Shown one piece after another: positions 1 through 13,700 of a DNA stretch of 64,000 nucleotides. Within the stretch, counting starts at the first letter, position 1, and each line of letters opens with the position of its first letter. Where the stretch lies: contig NMRA01000192.1 of assembly GCA_002633005.1 (NCBI GenBank), forward strand, positions 233,503 through 297,502. The letters run 5' to 3'. Source of the stretch: Phoronis australis. Taxonomy: Eukaryota; Animalia; Phoronida. A model generated the notes under the pieces. That model was not told the origin of the DNA and did not search any database. It worked only from the letters and a program-made list of their open reading frames with translations. A program made the translations under genes and the position numbers.

Positions 1-380
1 AATTATCTCGCCCACCTTTCTTGTGTTCAGTATAAATATTCTGTTAGCTACTCTAGAATTCATATTGCTTGGAGAGAGGCTGCTGCTTGCTTCAAAAATA
101 TCACAGATACCCAGTGTTGGTAAGAGACAACTTTGTTTCTTGATGTTTTACTATAAACTTTCACTTTAGAAACAACTATTCTCAGTTCTTTGATTATTTG
201 ATTAACTCATCGAAAGTGTTGTAATAGAAATTGTTGTACGAAATTGTGAGTTGATATAATATTATTAGATATGCAATTTTCTGTATTTTAGTATGATGTA
301 TTTGGTACTTCAATTTGTATTAGATATTGTATTATCTTTATTAATTGTTTCAGGTTTAACCGCATCGTAAGATAGTAAAT

Positions 381-445
381 CGTATCGTATCTTATCGTAT
401 CGTATCGTATCTCACCGTATTGAATATCGTATTATTACTCGAATC
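381..445. repeat. Degenerate (TATCG)n pentanucleotide microsatellite
   Basis: cgtatcgtatcttatcgtatcgtatcgtatc... seen directly. Confidence 0.8.
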
Positions 446-1346
446 ATATCATAAATAAAGTTTTATGAGCCAATGTTACGGTATTATTATTATACGCGTG
501 TAAACCGCTGGGTCAACAACAACAACAAGAGAGACATCTAATGTGCGTGTGACTGTACGCTACAGCCCTAAAGTCGTGAACGATCTTATTTCCACTTCTG
601 CGCGGTCCTGCGACACCTGGCATTGAAGTTTCCAGTGTTCCTCTGCTTACGAACGTCAAACGAATACCCGGACATGTTCGTATTCACAATATGATAACAA
701 ACAGTGAGTGAGTGGCTTCTTTTTTCAAATGTATCCTAAAACCAGCATATTTCACTAATTCACTTTTTTGTGCATGTTTGGGATATGTTTTCGAAAATAT
801 TTATCGTTCAGATTTACTCAAACACGCGCTCCAGGGGTAGCTTGAACAATGTATCAAAATATCCCAGGGTGGATCAAGTTTTGTAAGGCCAAAACAATAA
901 AATACAGAGCGATAATTGATGCTGTGTTCTTAGCGTTTTACGTGAACAACCTCATTGAAAACGTCTGTGCACATCAAAGTTGGGTGCAAAACATATAACA
1001 ATTTATTTCAATTGAAACTGAATTAATAAACAATGCAATGCATTTTTATGTCATCTAGCACTGTAGTTGACTTGTGTCAAAGATTTTATAGTATAGTGTC
1101 TTTGCTTGTGTGGTCATACTTCGTACATTTCCGTCTAAACAAAACGTTCACGACTTTAGGGCCTCATTCAAAACGGCTGGCGATATCAGCGACCGTTTTA
1201 AAACTCTTCTTACGGATACAAACAGGGATTAAGATTGTCAAAACACGTATATTTGTGAAGGCTGATATATGCCCATGACATCACATGAGCAGTTGCTAAC
1301 GGATATTGGGTAGTATGACAACCAACTGCTTATTATGCTTACACAT

Positions 1347-2170
1347 AGTGTACCTAATTATCGGACGGAACCTAAATATCGGACATTTCATAGAATCTTA
1401 CTTGAAGCATAATCTGAGAATTAAATGACACCAATTTTTGTTCCGTTGTAATGCATTCAATGTCCGGCACCGTCTCGTTTTTTACAGCGTTGCCTCGTTT
1501 TGATTTCACCGAGAGAGGGTGCAATTTAGACCCCCAAGTCGGCCTAAAATGGACGATCGCATAAATCGGTTATAAAAGTTGAAAATAAAATCTTTTTCCA
1601 CAATGACACCATCTCATTGAACTGACAATATGTCACTGTTCCATTTTTTCGTTTGTTTTTAAACTTAAGTCAAACCCCGACCGTGCACGTGCGGGTGTCA
1701 TATCAAGAAGCCTCAGTGAAACTAAAAACTGCAGTGAGTTTGCACGTGCTTTAGTCGTCTGCACTAATTCATCGAAACGACTTGGCGCCGTCATCAGATT
1801 TCATTTTATGGATAATTTTGTTGCGAATGGTCCTGGGTTCTAGCAGCATATATGTCAAAACACTCGAGCTGAAATTTGGCGACAAGGTGCCCGCAGCCAT
1901 TACATAGTTAGTCAGTTTTCCGCGGTGTGGCGTATGGAGAAACATGGTGCCCGATATTTAGGTTCTCCGAAGGTTTGGTTCAACCAAATTGGTTGTTGTG
2001 TTTTTTGAAGATCAGTCGGAACATAAATGAGGCTTTCAGTGACAAGATATAGTAACAGAACAATTCCGTGAAGGTAAATCTTTATTTCAGCAAAGAATTT
2101 ACAACAATCCGTAGTATTTTCAATTAAATATAATGCAAAATGTGCCAAAACGTCCGATAATTAGGTCACT
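1347..2170. mobile_element. Non-autonomous DNA transposon with ~20-bp terminal inverted repeats
   Basis: Left end agtgtacctaattatcggacg (1347) is the reverse complement of right end cgtccgataattaggtcact (2151-2170) apart from one indel. A subterminal copy acctaaatatcggac lies at ~1370. No intact transposase ORF. Confidence 0.7.
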
Positions 2171-2319
2171 TGACTGTATTCACGACTTTAGGTCACCGGT
2201 GTATACAATCACACATGTATGCCTGCGGCACTCAGGGTGATGTTATTGCTTGTGTGTTGCTAGATTGTCAAGACAAGACACATCCAGTAGATGTGTCTAG
2301 TCTTGATGTTTATTTACTG

Positions 2320-2392
2320 AATGCAGAATGGTTAGCACACATGCCGGTTTTACATGCTTTATCGGGGTCGCTGGTTCGATTCCAAGGTGAGG
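2320..2392 (+). mobile_element. tRNA-derived SINE head (degenerate)
   Basis: A-box-like gcagaatggttagc and B-box ggttcgattcc at tRNA-like spacing; no intact cloverleaf. Confidence 0.4.
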
Positions 2393-3559
2393 TAATCTCG
2401 GAAATTAGTATAACGTTTGCTAAACACAACAGTAAAACGCACATTTTACTTTACTTATTTACTTAGGCCTACTTACTTAGGCCTACTAATAGTTACCCTG
2501 GTTACAAAACTTTTCACTTTAAACCCAGATGCATGTTTTGACCGACTTGCTAATGGCCTTACATACACTGAGTTCCAGGTGTGATTGCTGGTATTGAAGT
2601 TACGTTTTACTCGTCGGCAACGACAGCTATGCCAGACCTTCAGAGTACAACGTGATTAAAACAACTTAACCCACCCTAGTCTTTGTAACGCTTCCTTTGC
2701 ATCCTTCAAGCCACTTAGGAAAGCCCGGGACGGCCGCCATTGTCGCAAACCACTCAAACAAGCAAGACAACGTTTTGTTACAACTGTTAAGATTGGTTTA
2801 AATTTCAATCATTGACCAATCAAAAAAGTTTTGACAATGAATCTTGGACAGCGCCACCTGTGGCATCATGTCTTCATGATCACTCGGGCGTGCAGGGCAG
2901 GGCGCTGGATCGAAGAGACCCGGCATGCTGAACATTGAATAAAAGTTTAAGAATGGAACTCCAATTTCGTTCTCGTGCTGATGTTGCTCAGCGGATATGT
3001 CGGTAGTTGATTGCAGTAGTTTGTTCCAGTGCTGTTTATTGCTGTGGTCTCGGTGTGGAATTTTCAAAANTGTCCCGATGGGGGGGGGGGTTTAAACCCC
3101 CTGAACCCCCCCTGTAGATCCGCCTCTGTAGAGAAATACATTTTAACACCAGACCAATAACGAAAGTGTCACCTTTACTTTTAATAAAACTTTCCGTGCT
3201 GGCTACGCCGTTTTTCTGAGCAGGATTTCATAACAGTCATTATATCAATAGGAATCCCTTCATTAGCATTTGACGGTGTACAATTAGACCAGAAAAAAAA
3301 CTTGAATAATTTAAATCATAAACAATTACTAGTTTGGCAGAGTACAAAATGTATTTTTTAATTTAAAACAACACATTGAATACACATTAAGAAAAATAAC
3401 AAGGAGTGCAACAACGAATTATCTCGACTGCCCTGCCAGTTCATTCGTTGTTGTACAGACTACATGAAAATGGCAGACATGTGTATAATTGGGCAAGCTC
3501 AATTTATTGTCAATGTATAGTTTCTATGATGTTTGGGTAAACCAAGGAGTCGCGTGTCT

Positions 3560-4101
3560 AGAGTCGTTTGTAAATATTTTCTCACAACGGATTAAGGACC
3601 GTGGTATGCAAAGATGGCAGTCTGATGTTGATTCTAATGCTAAGTTAAACTATTAAAAAAATTAAAGGTTGTAGTTAAACATGAAAATTATTTAGAAATT
3701 GAAAAACTTCCAAGAGTGTTCGTGCAAAGTTTTACACGTTTTCGATGTGAAAACCACAAACTGGCAGCAGAAACTGGTCGTCAGGTAAATGTGATATATC
3801 AAGACAGAGTTTGTACATTATGCTCGAGGAATTGTGTTGCGGATGAATATCACTTTTTGTTAGTTTGCGACGCTTTTTCAAAAATTAGAGTTAAGTTTAT
3901 AAGTGAGAGCCTCTGGACAAGTCCCTCTTTGTTAATTTCATAGGCTATTATGTAATCCCGATATCTCAGTTGTTAAATATGTATACTACGCATCTATAAA
4001 ACGGAACAGCTTGTGTATTACTGACTAGTTTGCATAGCACTCCAATGATCTTGTTTGCTTGTTTGTTGTACTTTGGGCCGATGGCCACGTGGACAAATAA
4101 A
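3560..4101 (+). mobile_element. 3' fragment of a non-LTR retrotransposon (LINE) ORF2 with C-terminal Cys/His motif, degraded
   Basis: FTRFRCENHKLAAETGR...RVCTLC...VADEYHFLLVC matches the typical ORF2 C-terminus (R-x-x-x-H-x-L-x-x-E-T-G-R...CxxC...DExHF). Stops upstream; AATAAA at ~4096. Confidence 0.8.
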
Positions 4102-4118
4102 GGAACAAGAAAAGACTA

Positions 4119-4620
4119 ATTAAACCTACAGCAAGGGAAATAGTTTCAATGAAAATATTCAGTATTAATCCAGGATGCAATAACAATTGCAAAAATGTTA
4201 TCAACTAATTATTCCAACTCCCAATTCTTAGATAAGAGGTTTCTGATAGATGAAAATAGGCAAAGCATTTACATGTATTGCTAGCTTTGAAATTTATGTG
4301 GATAGTTCAGAGGCTCATCAAAATGGTTGCACTTTAGAATTTTACATAGAAATTTAGCAAGAAGCTCCTTTCTTTACAACGAAAAATTGAGTGAAACTGA
4401 CACGTATAGTCCGTGTGTCACCATAAACAAGAGACTATTTTTATGTTACTTAAGAAGACGCTGGAAAATAACGACATCCATAATAGAGACAATGTCATTT
4501 GAATGACCTGATGCATGCTTGTTAACTTTCGGGATTAAAAATCTGAGAAAACTGGATGAAGATCGGGACAATTCGGTGTGCAAAAAGCAAGACACCTAGG
4601 TCTATGCCAAAACGCAAGAA
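4119..4620 (-). repeat. Dispersed repeat, reverse-complement copy of the element at ~55376-56082
   Basis: Reverse complement cttgcgttttggcatagacctagg matches ccttgcgttttggctcagactcag at 55378. Reverse complement ttcattgaaactatttcccttgctg matches atcattgaaaccattttcctgctg at ~56055. Confidence 0.6.
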
Positions 4621-5135
4621 TGAAACTTAAAGTTCCCTGCAACACCTAAAGACGCACCGACAGTGAATTTGTTGAACGGGAGAATACGGATGTCGTAGTG
4701 GTAACAACCAAAAGTGCCCGTCAGCGTTTTTTTGTTTTAGCCGAACGGGAAATTCTGGATGCTGCAAAAACCCATGAACGTCGAGAAGTTTTTCTTTGAA
4801 GTCGAACGTCAAACGGGTAAACAAGGCTACGTGTCACGTGGGAAATCATTACACAGTAGTATATGAGACATGTAATATGTCGATTTTGTCGTGCGTCAAA
4901 AAGCAAGACATTTGAATGGTGCAGCGAGATTGCGCCAAAAGCGGGACACTTGGAAAGTGGGCTGTCGATAACACAAAGTATTGTGTTGGATTCATTTAAA
5001 ATGCAAAGTTTTCACTTTATAATTTTATTCCACGAATATATAGGTAAACACTATAGGTAACCTCATTGCTTAGAAATCAACATAATATCTGGACGACAGG
5101 TAAACATTGCTCAAACGAATAGCTATAGAAACAGT

Positions 5136-5141
<6 letters not shown>

Positions 5142-5196
<55 letters not shown>

Positions 5197-5224
5197 TATA
5201 TACATATATACATATATACATATA

Positions 5225-5258
<34 letters not shown>

Positions 5259-5270
5259 CATATACGCATA
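5142..5270. repeat. (TA)n/(TACA)n/(TATATG)n compound microsatellite
   Basis: Seen directly; generates the spurious YIYIYI ORFs. Confidence 0.95.
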
Positions 5271-6022
5271 CGTACGTTTATTAGCCATGATGATAAATAC
5301 AAAAGACGTTTAAAGTTTTTCACAAGTAACGTAAACACGTTTGTTGGTAAAGTTGTCATATGTAATTGCATAACAAACACTTAGAAACTAAGTGTCCTTT
5401 CTTTCCGTATAACACTGCAACATTATGATTTTAACACCCAAAATCTGTTTTTGCCGTGAAATCGAATATGTCCCTTTGAAAGCGACTTCTTCCATACAAT
5501 TTTTCTGCAGACTCAAGAGATATCGTTGATTTTCACGAGATGTTACTTGTCAATTCTTGGTGAGCTAATTCGCGGTCAAGCAGGTCTCGCCACTTGGAGA
5601 TTAACTAGCTCCTAGCATTTCTTTTTTAAGCGAAGGGTTTCTCGATGTTGCGTTTTCACATATGTCTACGAAAGGGACACTAGGAAAACGTGCGTATTTC
5701 ACTTCCTCTGTTCGGCGTCTCGTGTTCTTTTATTTTATTTCAAAGACGAAAAGTACATGACTGGCGGCTGAATACTACATAAATCTTCCGTATTATTGTA
5801 CATAGCAGAGACCCTTTGGAACCAGAAAACACTGTCCTAGTATTTGTCTGTGCTAAGAATGAACTGTGTGTGGCTGTAGCTCAGCTTCCGTGGTAACGGT
5901 CCGCGCGTCGTACGCGTTTTTATTGAGCGTGACATGTGTTCCGTAAGTCAGTATTAGATATACTTCGTGGTAAAGGGTTGTGAGGCAGACAGTAAAGTTT
6001 CAGTTTCCCCCCCCCCCCCCCC

Positions 6023-6461
6023 NNNNNNNNNNNNNNNNNNNNNNNNNNNNNNNNNNNNNNNNNNNNNNNNNNNNNNNNNNNNNNNNNNNNNNNNNNNNNN
6101 NNNNNNNNNNNNNNNNNNNNNNNNNNNNNNNNNNNNNNNNNNNNNNNNNNNNNNNNNNNNNNNNNNNNNNNNNNNNNNNNNNNNNNNNNNNNNNNNNNNN
6201 NNNNNNNNNNNNNNNNNNNNNNNNNNNNNNNNNNNNNNNNNNNNNNNNNNNNNNNNNNNNNNNNNNNNNNNNNNNNNNNNNNNNNNNNNNNNNNNNNNNN
6301 NNNNNNNNNNNNNNNNNNNNNNNNNNNNNNNNNNNNNNNNNNNNNNNNNNNNNNNNNNNNNNNNNNNNNNNNNNNNNNNNNNNNNNNNNNNNNNNNNNNN
6401 NNNNNNNNNNNNNNNNNNNNNNNNNNNNNNNNNNNNNNNNNNNNNNNNNNNNNNNNNNNNN
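6023..6461. other. Assembly gap (N run) preceded by poly-C
   Basis: N run. Confidence 0.99.
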
Positions 6462-7869
6462 AACGTTTCATTCGAGCTTTGAAATGTTCATCTTTGGTGG
6501 TTTTTTGCTCGTTTTTCTCTACACCTGACGCGCACGTGGCTTTTAAACGCTGCATGAATGTAATGTCCAGGACGTATCGCAGTGTAGCAGCGTCATCCCC
6601 TATTAATGGTGCATCCAACTCAAATGTGAAATCTGGTGCTGTGTTTACGTCAAATCTTTTTTCCAAGCCCTCTCTTACAAGATAAGGCATGATTTGGCGA
6701 TCAAAGTAGTTTATGTCGTAACTGTGATTTGATGACGCTATATACCGTAAAATGACGCGAACAAAGGATAGCCTAAAGCGAGGAACACAGTGTCCATTCT
6801 CTAAGGAATAGCCTTCTTCACACTTTGAAAAGTTACAGTTGTTGAGATGATCCGAATCACACGAAGCTGTGTTAATTTTATCTTGCTTTGCTCCTGAACC
6901 TAGCGTATTTGAAAAGTCAATTTGAAATTTACCTGCACCATTCACATCGAGCAACAGTGAAAACGAAAATTTCCAAGAGATTTTGTTCGTTACCGGATTA
7001 GTCACTGGCGGAAAATTCCCATGGCACCGTAATGTTAGATTTTTCACGTACGACGGATCGTTACATATGCCACAGTAATAATTTTTGTAATAAACATCGT
7101 GATGTGATAGGAAAACAATTTGAGTGGAATGACACTGCTTCACCAACTCGTTCGATTTGCAATCAGAGGGACACCGGCGAACAATGTCTGGGTGGCAGTA
7201 CCTATAAATGTCCTCTCTGTCTTCTAGTATTAACTGGCACCGAGGATCGTTTAACCGGTTCAAAAATTCCTTCATGTTACCTTCGACTGCAACCGTGGAC
7301 AGTTCTTTACACTGAAGATCAAACTTCCAAAACTGCACTTTGACAACTCCATGGCATTGTGCACAATAGTAATTTCTATACTGTATCCCAGTAGCATTGT
7401 CTCTGACTGGTATCCTGTTTATCACCGTCTTCACGGTATTCTTGCATCCACTAATTAAGTCCGCTTGTTTAAAGTGAGTCGGACATTTTGTGATCATAAG
7501 CGTTCTGTTATGATTCGCATTCAGATTGACGCATTCCACAGAAACGGATGACTTTGACGAGACAGTAGCACTCGTACGTTTTGGGCACGAGGACCAATAG
7601 TCGTCACAACAGTCCCCATACACCGGACACAAAATGTCACACGAACACTGTCGGTTATCTTGTGGTTGAACGATGTCACCACAAGCATTCTGGCATGTCC
7701 TCTTTGTAGGGTCTTCAAGAGAGCACATCAGTGTTGAATGGTTGATGTATATGTTATCAATATTCGTCTTGTTGTCGCAACTATACAGCGAAATCACAGG
7801 CGTTGCTAAATGAAATAAATAAATATGCATGTAAATCGTACACAGCTGTAGTAAACAAGCCGAGTCCAT
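6462..7869 (-). CDS. Somatomedin-B domain, Cys-rich secreted/ectodomain protein (N-terminus typical of invertebrate Methuselah/adhesion-type GPCR-like proteins); 3' end lost in gap
   Basis: Uninterrupted ~470-codon ORF with a hydrophobic N-terminus (MDSACLLQLCTIYMHIYLFHLATPVIS). SMB motif CQNAC...CSCDILCPVYGDCCDDYWSSC; twin motifs PVRDNATGIQYRNYYCAQCH and YKNYYCGICN; FSFSLLLD; many N-x-S/T sites. Alternative ATG at 7908. Confidence 0.85.
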
Positions 7870-10274
7870 CTTCTCTGAGTTGCCAGTAGCTTGTATATAA
7901 TTATCCATTAAAATTGCAGTTATTATCAAAACAAACGAACATAAATTATACGTTCACTGTAGACGTCAATAATGCCTCTGGGGAAAATTTTTCCCGCCAT
8001 TAAACACTTAATAAATGAGGTCGCTGGCATTATAGTTAAGTAATTAATGACCCTGGGGAATGACCACCATTGGTTGTTTCAGTGCATGTTTTCTTAAGTC
8101 ACCTTAACATTATCTGATTAATATGTTTCCTCACGTCGCCCCAAAGTGGCGGCGCCAGGTAAAACGCCTAAAAACCCATCATCTATCACAAATTTCAAAT
8201 TTAGATGTAGACCACATGCCATTCGAAAACAAGTCATAAGATGAATCCAAGGCTTCAGAAGAGCTGGCCCATACATGTATTTCGTTATTGCTGTAGACGT
8301 TTGAGGCTTAACAAGTTGGATTGACAAAACGTTTCACTTTGAAAAGCAGAGCGTGATCTCAATGGATAACAAAACGTAAGTGCTTTACAAACCACTATTT
8401 TCGTTTTCCCTTCGCGCAGCTTTTGACATTTTGCATCAAAATATAAAAGCCCCATTTTTGAATTCCCATCATGCAACAAGTGGAATATCTTGAAAACAAT
8501 TCCTGTTGCTGTTTTGGGAACTGTGCATAAATCGCAGTAAGAGAAAGTTTCATCTGAAGCCGGTCAGCCATTTCTACATAACCGTAATTATCTAATGATC
8601 TTTTACAAGTCACATATTAGGCCTGGTCATTTTTCAAAGCTCTCCCCTCTAGCTATTACGTATGAGGTCGCTCAGTGTATGCTCAACGCCATGGACGTGT
8701 TTAACGCAATGGACGACTCGGTATTCATAGATTCCCTGACTAAACCATGTTTTACTAGCACTCCCTGGCCAGTGAAGGTGAAGGTACAGCTCCCACAGTA
8801 CATTGGGGTTGGTGGGAATATAGACCTAGTGGTGGGTAAATCACAACACCCAAATTACAGATTAAAAACAGACCGGAATACTCTACAACGTTAGCTAAAT
8901 ACAGTATGCATAAATAAAAATTCGAGTGATTTATTCTAGCATGGACATGACGTACGAACAGGCAATAGACACCGTTACTTTAGAACACTAGAAAATCCTT
9001 TTCATGCTCAACGGAGGAACAATGCCATCAACAGGACGGTGACAGACCATACAGGGGTCAGTTTCATGAAAAGACACTTAAAGACTTAACATTGAAATTT
9101 GGTCTTACGCTCCACACTACTGTTTTTGAAAATCAATTAAATTTCAATTTAGAAAATGTGGAAAGTCTTTGGGAATATTCGTGTAACGTTACTGAGAACA
9201 TTTCTTTAAAATGCGTCTTGACTGTGATACAGTGACACTCATTTGGTTGGACAACTTCAGAAACTGTGAAGTAAGACCAAATTTCCGTGTTAGGTTGACA
9301 AACTAGGTCGCAAGCTGGTCGCATACAGATAGATTGGCGTATCCATTTTCACTCTGTTTTTCTTTGTGGTAATAAAGACAATGACAAGCATTTGTCGATA
9401 ACCGGCTGATGAGCGCCCAAAGTGCAATATCCACGCGACCTGTACTGTTATATTGAACAAAGACGCAACAAGGGATGGTAACGTCCCATATGTGATAACC
9501 ATGCAAGGCGCTTACCACCGTCGCATAGATGTCGCAAGTTAAACAACACCTTCCGAGATCCAGATACCACGTCATTTGGCATGGGTATCTTTTTTTCACG
9601 AAACAGATCCCTACTTTGGATGAAATCACCAAAAATGGTTTAGTATCATTTCAAAAATTAGCTTGGTTAACCCTAACATGTCTGCAAGCAATTTGTGAAC
9701 ACGAGACAATTTTTTTGAACGCAAAGTATCTTGTAGGAAAGGAAATTATATAGCTGTATTGACACAAACTTAACTGACACTGTGTATTTACTAGTGGAAA
9801 TATGCAGACTCGATTCCAATGATTTATGAATTCATGATTGCAAATCCAAACCATGTGTATAATTAACATTCACACTCGCGCAGAGACAATCACCGACGCA
9901 AAACAAACACCATTTAGTGTCTCAGGTGAACACATATTCCAATTTTCACGTTGAGACATCCATCTACATGCATGTTCACCCGTTTCGTCCAATTGTATCT
10001 ACTTGTAGACTGCGGGCATATGTTTTGAGCACACGCGAGTATTCAACCAAATCACTGGTCGAAAAGATCCCGAAGTTACTGTTTTGTGAACGACTTCGGT
10101 ATCTTGATGTATTAAAACAGATTTCCCCTCAGTGCGTGTACAGTATATGCTCGATCAGGTGATCTCTCGTTCTCACCTATATAAGTACACGCTTTTTAAT
10201 GTACACAAACTCTTCGGCTTTTTGCCAAAAAACCTTCGAGATTTTCCATTTGTCTTTTCCCCTTATCCCAGACT

Positions 10275-10709
10275 TCACTCACTTTGGACACTCGATCCTT
10301 CGCTGCTACTAGTGGAAACAGCCGACGTATTTGAACTTTTACTAGACAAAGTTGTTGTTGAAGTATTTCCTCGGCTAAGTTCTTCATTTGATCCTGACCG
10401 TTTTGCATCAACACTCTCAGACTGTTCGGCACTATATGTGGCAGCTTTTGGAGCGATCACAGCCGTGTGCGTCGACTCGTTCGCTTCAGATGTGGGTGTC
10501 GTATTTTCTGTTGCTTCCAACTCGGATGTCGTTGATGACTCGGTAGACGCCGTTGACAATGTAGTTGTAGGCGACTTTGGCAAATTCCTTAATTTTTGTA
10601 ATCGATCGCGTATTTTGGGCAAATGAACAATACAACACGAAGTTACTACTCCTGAAACCAGGAAGCCAACGACTGCAATGCCCATCCCAATGTAGATCCA
10701 AGTAGACAT
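10275..10709 (-). CDS. Small single-pass membrane protein with Ser/Thr-rich tail (144 aa)
   Basis: ATG start; hydrophobic WIYIGMGIAVVGFLVSGVVTSCCIVHL followed by basic PKIRDRLQKLR and S/T/E-rich low complexity. A CAG acceptor 5 nt upstream of the ATG means this may be a later exon. Confidence 0.55.
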   Translation of the reverse strand: MSTWIYIGMGIAVVGFLVSGVVTSCCIVHLPKIRDRLQKLRNLPKSPTTTLSTASTESSTTSELEATENTTPTSEANESTHTAVIAPKAATYSAEQSESVDAKRSGSNEELSRGNTSTTTLSSKSSNTSAVSTSSSEGSSVQSE

Positions 10710-13700
10710 TGAGTCTGGAGATCTTGGTTTTGCTAGAAATTAAGATGAGTCGTGGCTTATTTCCTGGCTTTCATCTGACCCAATTTTAAACAGTAAGCTC
10801 AACCAGGTATTTAAAACGGATTTAACGGGTTTAGACAATTTTACGCTTTGATCATAAACTACCAACAGGAGTTTTCTAGAAATTCTGAAGTTCCGTTTAA
10901 GAATTAAAATTTCAAATCCACAGTTTGAATGTTACAGAAGATACGTCTAACCGTATTCGCGGACCCCTGGTTTAGAATTTTAAACAGCATGTGTCCAAAC
11001 TGATTCAATCGCCGACGATGTTTTATGAAAACCGTCTACATATTATTTTTAACATCATTGTTTCCTAAGCTTGCTCGCTACAAACATGTAACACCTACCT
11101 ATACATGTTTGGTTATCTTTGTCTAAAAAGAAGCCCTTTTCACATGTGCACGTCGTTTGATTCGCAGAGTCTTGTCGACAAAACTGTGTACAGTTTGAAG
11201 CAGCGCAAGCTGGCGCTGAAAACATAAGTGATCGTTAACACGTGAGTATTAGGGTATAATGGGACAGTTACACACCATAACTGAATTCCAGAAACAACGT
11301 GTTCTTAATGGTCGCGCTCACACTCATACACGTTGCCTCAAACACGACCTAAAGTTCACCGGTGCTTATGTTCGCTCTACAAGATTCCAAATTGCACGAA
11401 AGCAAGACGCCGCACTATATGTCACAGGTCCTGGGCTACATCTACAAGAATTATACCAGGATACCTGACTTTCCTCAAATTTCAACTGTTGCCTGTTGGT
11501 TTACAAGCCTTGGGACCTGACCATAAAGTTGCACACACGGCAGAAAATGCACGAGAAGCGAAATACGCCCCAGTGTAGATTGTAGATAAAACAATTTAGC
11601 CAAACTGTAATGATAACATCAGTAGCCTGATGCGTCCAGAGCAGTGTAATCGTCTACCGGATAGTTTCTTTGAAGATTTCCAGCGGGTTTGAAGGCTGGT
11701 GAGCCGGTCGAGTTGCTCAATCTTGACCGGGTGTTTGTGTCAATGTAGGATACTTTTCGTACACGTATTCGCTTGTGCAACATCTGCTTCGCTTTTATTG
11801 CAACCGTTGCATTTCTGCAACTTGCTTCGGTATAGCTGCAATCTACAGAAGGACAAAGTAGTGTCCGGAACAATTTGTGTTTACACTAATACTTGATTGC
11901 TTTAGAATAGGTTGTCTCTTACAATATTGTAAAGCGGTAACTAGACTAACGTGTACGCGATTTTGACATTTTCCGTGATCGTTTAGTTATCAATGCCGAG
12001 GCATTAGCTCAGACCAACAATGTTAGCTAGTAATTCTTTATAGCCAAGAAACCGGTGCAAATGCAAAACAGAAGAAATTTTCAAAGTCTTTTAAATCCGA
12101 AAAATTCTCATTTTTATAACCTTGACGTGAAATCACTAGTTATGGTGTATTAGTCTCACGATTCATTTGCTGTTCTCAAAATCGTTGATTAACAAACTGC
12201 CAATAGAAATGCTCAAAATAGACAGTTCTAATCTCAAACATAAGCGATCGGCAGCTCTGTTTCTATACACATGTATCAACACTATTTAAAGCCTTCCTTG
12301 AACGGTAACACGTGAGAAAATTCAGTGGCTACAATATGTAGACAGCAACTCTCTGCCAATTGTCAAATGCAATCGATGATAAGTAGGTACGTGGGGGCGA
12401 AGCTGTCGATTGTTGTAGGGACACACATTGAAATGTCAATTGCATCGTATTCGAACAGGGCGGGGTCTGATAAACATCAAGGGGCAATGCCGTTAACGCC
12501 GTACAGTGGGCGAAATGCAATGGATGGTAATTACATGTAGGCTTATATTGCCCGACATTCGCCTACGTCCTTCTATGAACAGCACCCGCTGTAGCCAGTG
12601 AACCACCCTTAAATTTAGAGAGGCCGGTTGGAGGTCCGCACAGTGAATGTATAGAATCAAGTGCCACACTCATCACACCCAAAGCACGTCAAACATAAAC
12701 CCGCACGCGTCAAAATTGCAGTCGCGTGACCACATTTATCTTAAGAAATAATACAGCGAATGTAACTGAACGGAAATCAGGCCCTTAAAGCTCTTCTAAA
12801 AAATTATTCACTCCACTTTTTACTTTTATCTTGTCACTCTGCCATTTGCATTTTTTAACTAACTGGTCTGAATGGCTAGCATTCGAGTCGTTGCATGACG
12901 TCATTACGTCAAAAACTAAGCACAGGAAATGGCAGACGATTTGATTCATAACTGTAAGAGGAAAATAAAAAGAGACGAAATATAACCGGCAAGACAGTTT
13001 GCGGTTTTCTAAACGTGTTCAGGGATTTTAATTTGGTTAGTACTAGCACACTGAGCAATAATTTTCCTCCCATTTTTTTAGTATATATACATTTCACCTA
13101 GTGGTGTAATGCCCTCCGGTGGACCTTCAACTCTGTTTAAAAGCTTGAGTATGAGCTACACTCTATGCTGATAGGTAGCTCAAATTTCTACCGTGAGTAT
13201 TGGCAAATGTTCAAAACTAGTGGTATCAGTCATTCGTTGCCTTCTGATTTCTCGTGATGACGCAATTAGGCACGATGGGTTCGCTTCAGTTGCTATTTGA
13301 CGTGCCCCCTGTGACTATTAAATCGTGTTTTCTTGCACTATTTACTCCAATACCTATACGTCCGGAATACCAAAAACTAACAAAAAATCCGTTCAAGGAA
13401 AGCTTTAAGAACTAGATTAATTTAACTCATACCGACATCTGTGGAACAAACCTCGCAAGGCATTGACGAAAGTAACACTGAAAAAGAAAAGAAAAAATGA
13501 AAGAATGAAGCTGGCTGTAGTTTTACACGTAAACACTTCATAGTAACTTCTTATACATGTAACATCCATCTGCCATTCTTTCGTGTTATCCACAGGCCCT
13601 TAAATCTATCTTCTCTTCTTATCCACCACTGGCACCAAAAATCAGTAAAAACACGTTTCTTATTTTGTATTGAGTTATTGGGAGATTCTTGTGCCTGTTG

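Noticed and set aside
2798-3067. 89-aa minus-strand ORF next to an N
   Set aside because: Non-ATG start at a contig break; no recognisable domain.
5070-5380. ORFs rich in YI/YT/HI
   Set aside because: Translations of a TA microsatellite.
5920-6528. ORFs reading through the N gap, including the C-terminal GGGGGGKLKL tail of the 669-aa ORF
   Set aside because: Frame across the gap is unknown; artefact.
9290-9632. Overlapping minus-strand ORFs with hydrophobic stretches
   Set aside because: No recognisable motif or consistent splice structure.
10132-10626. 164-aa plus-strand ORF
   Set aside because: Antisense shadow of the S/T-rich minus-strand ORF.
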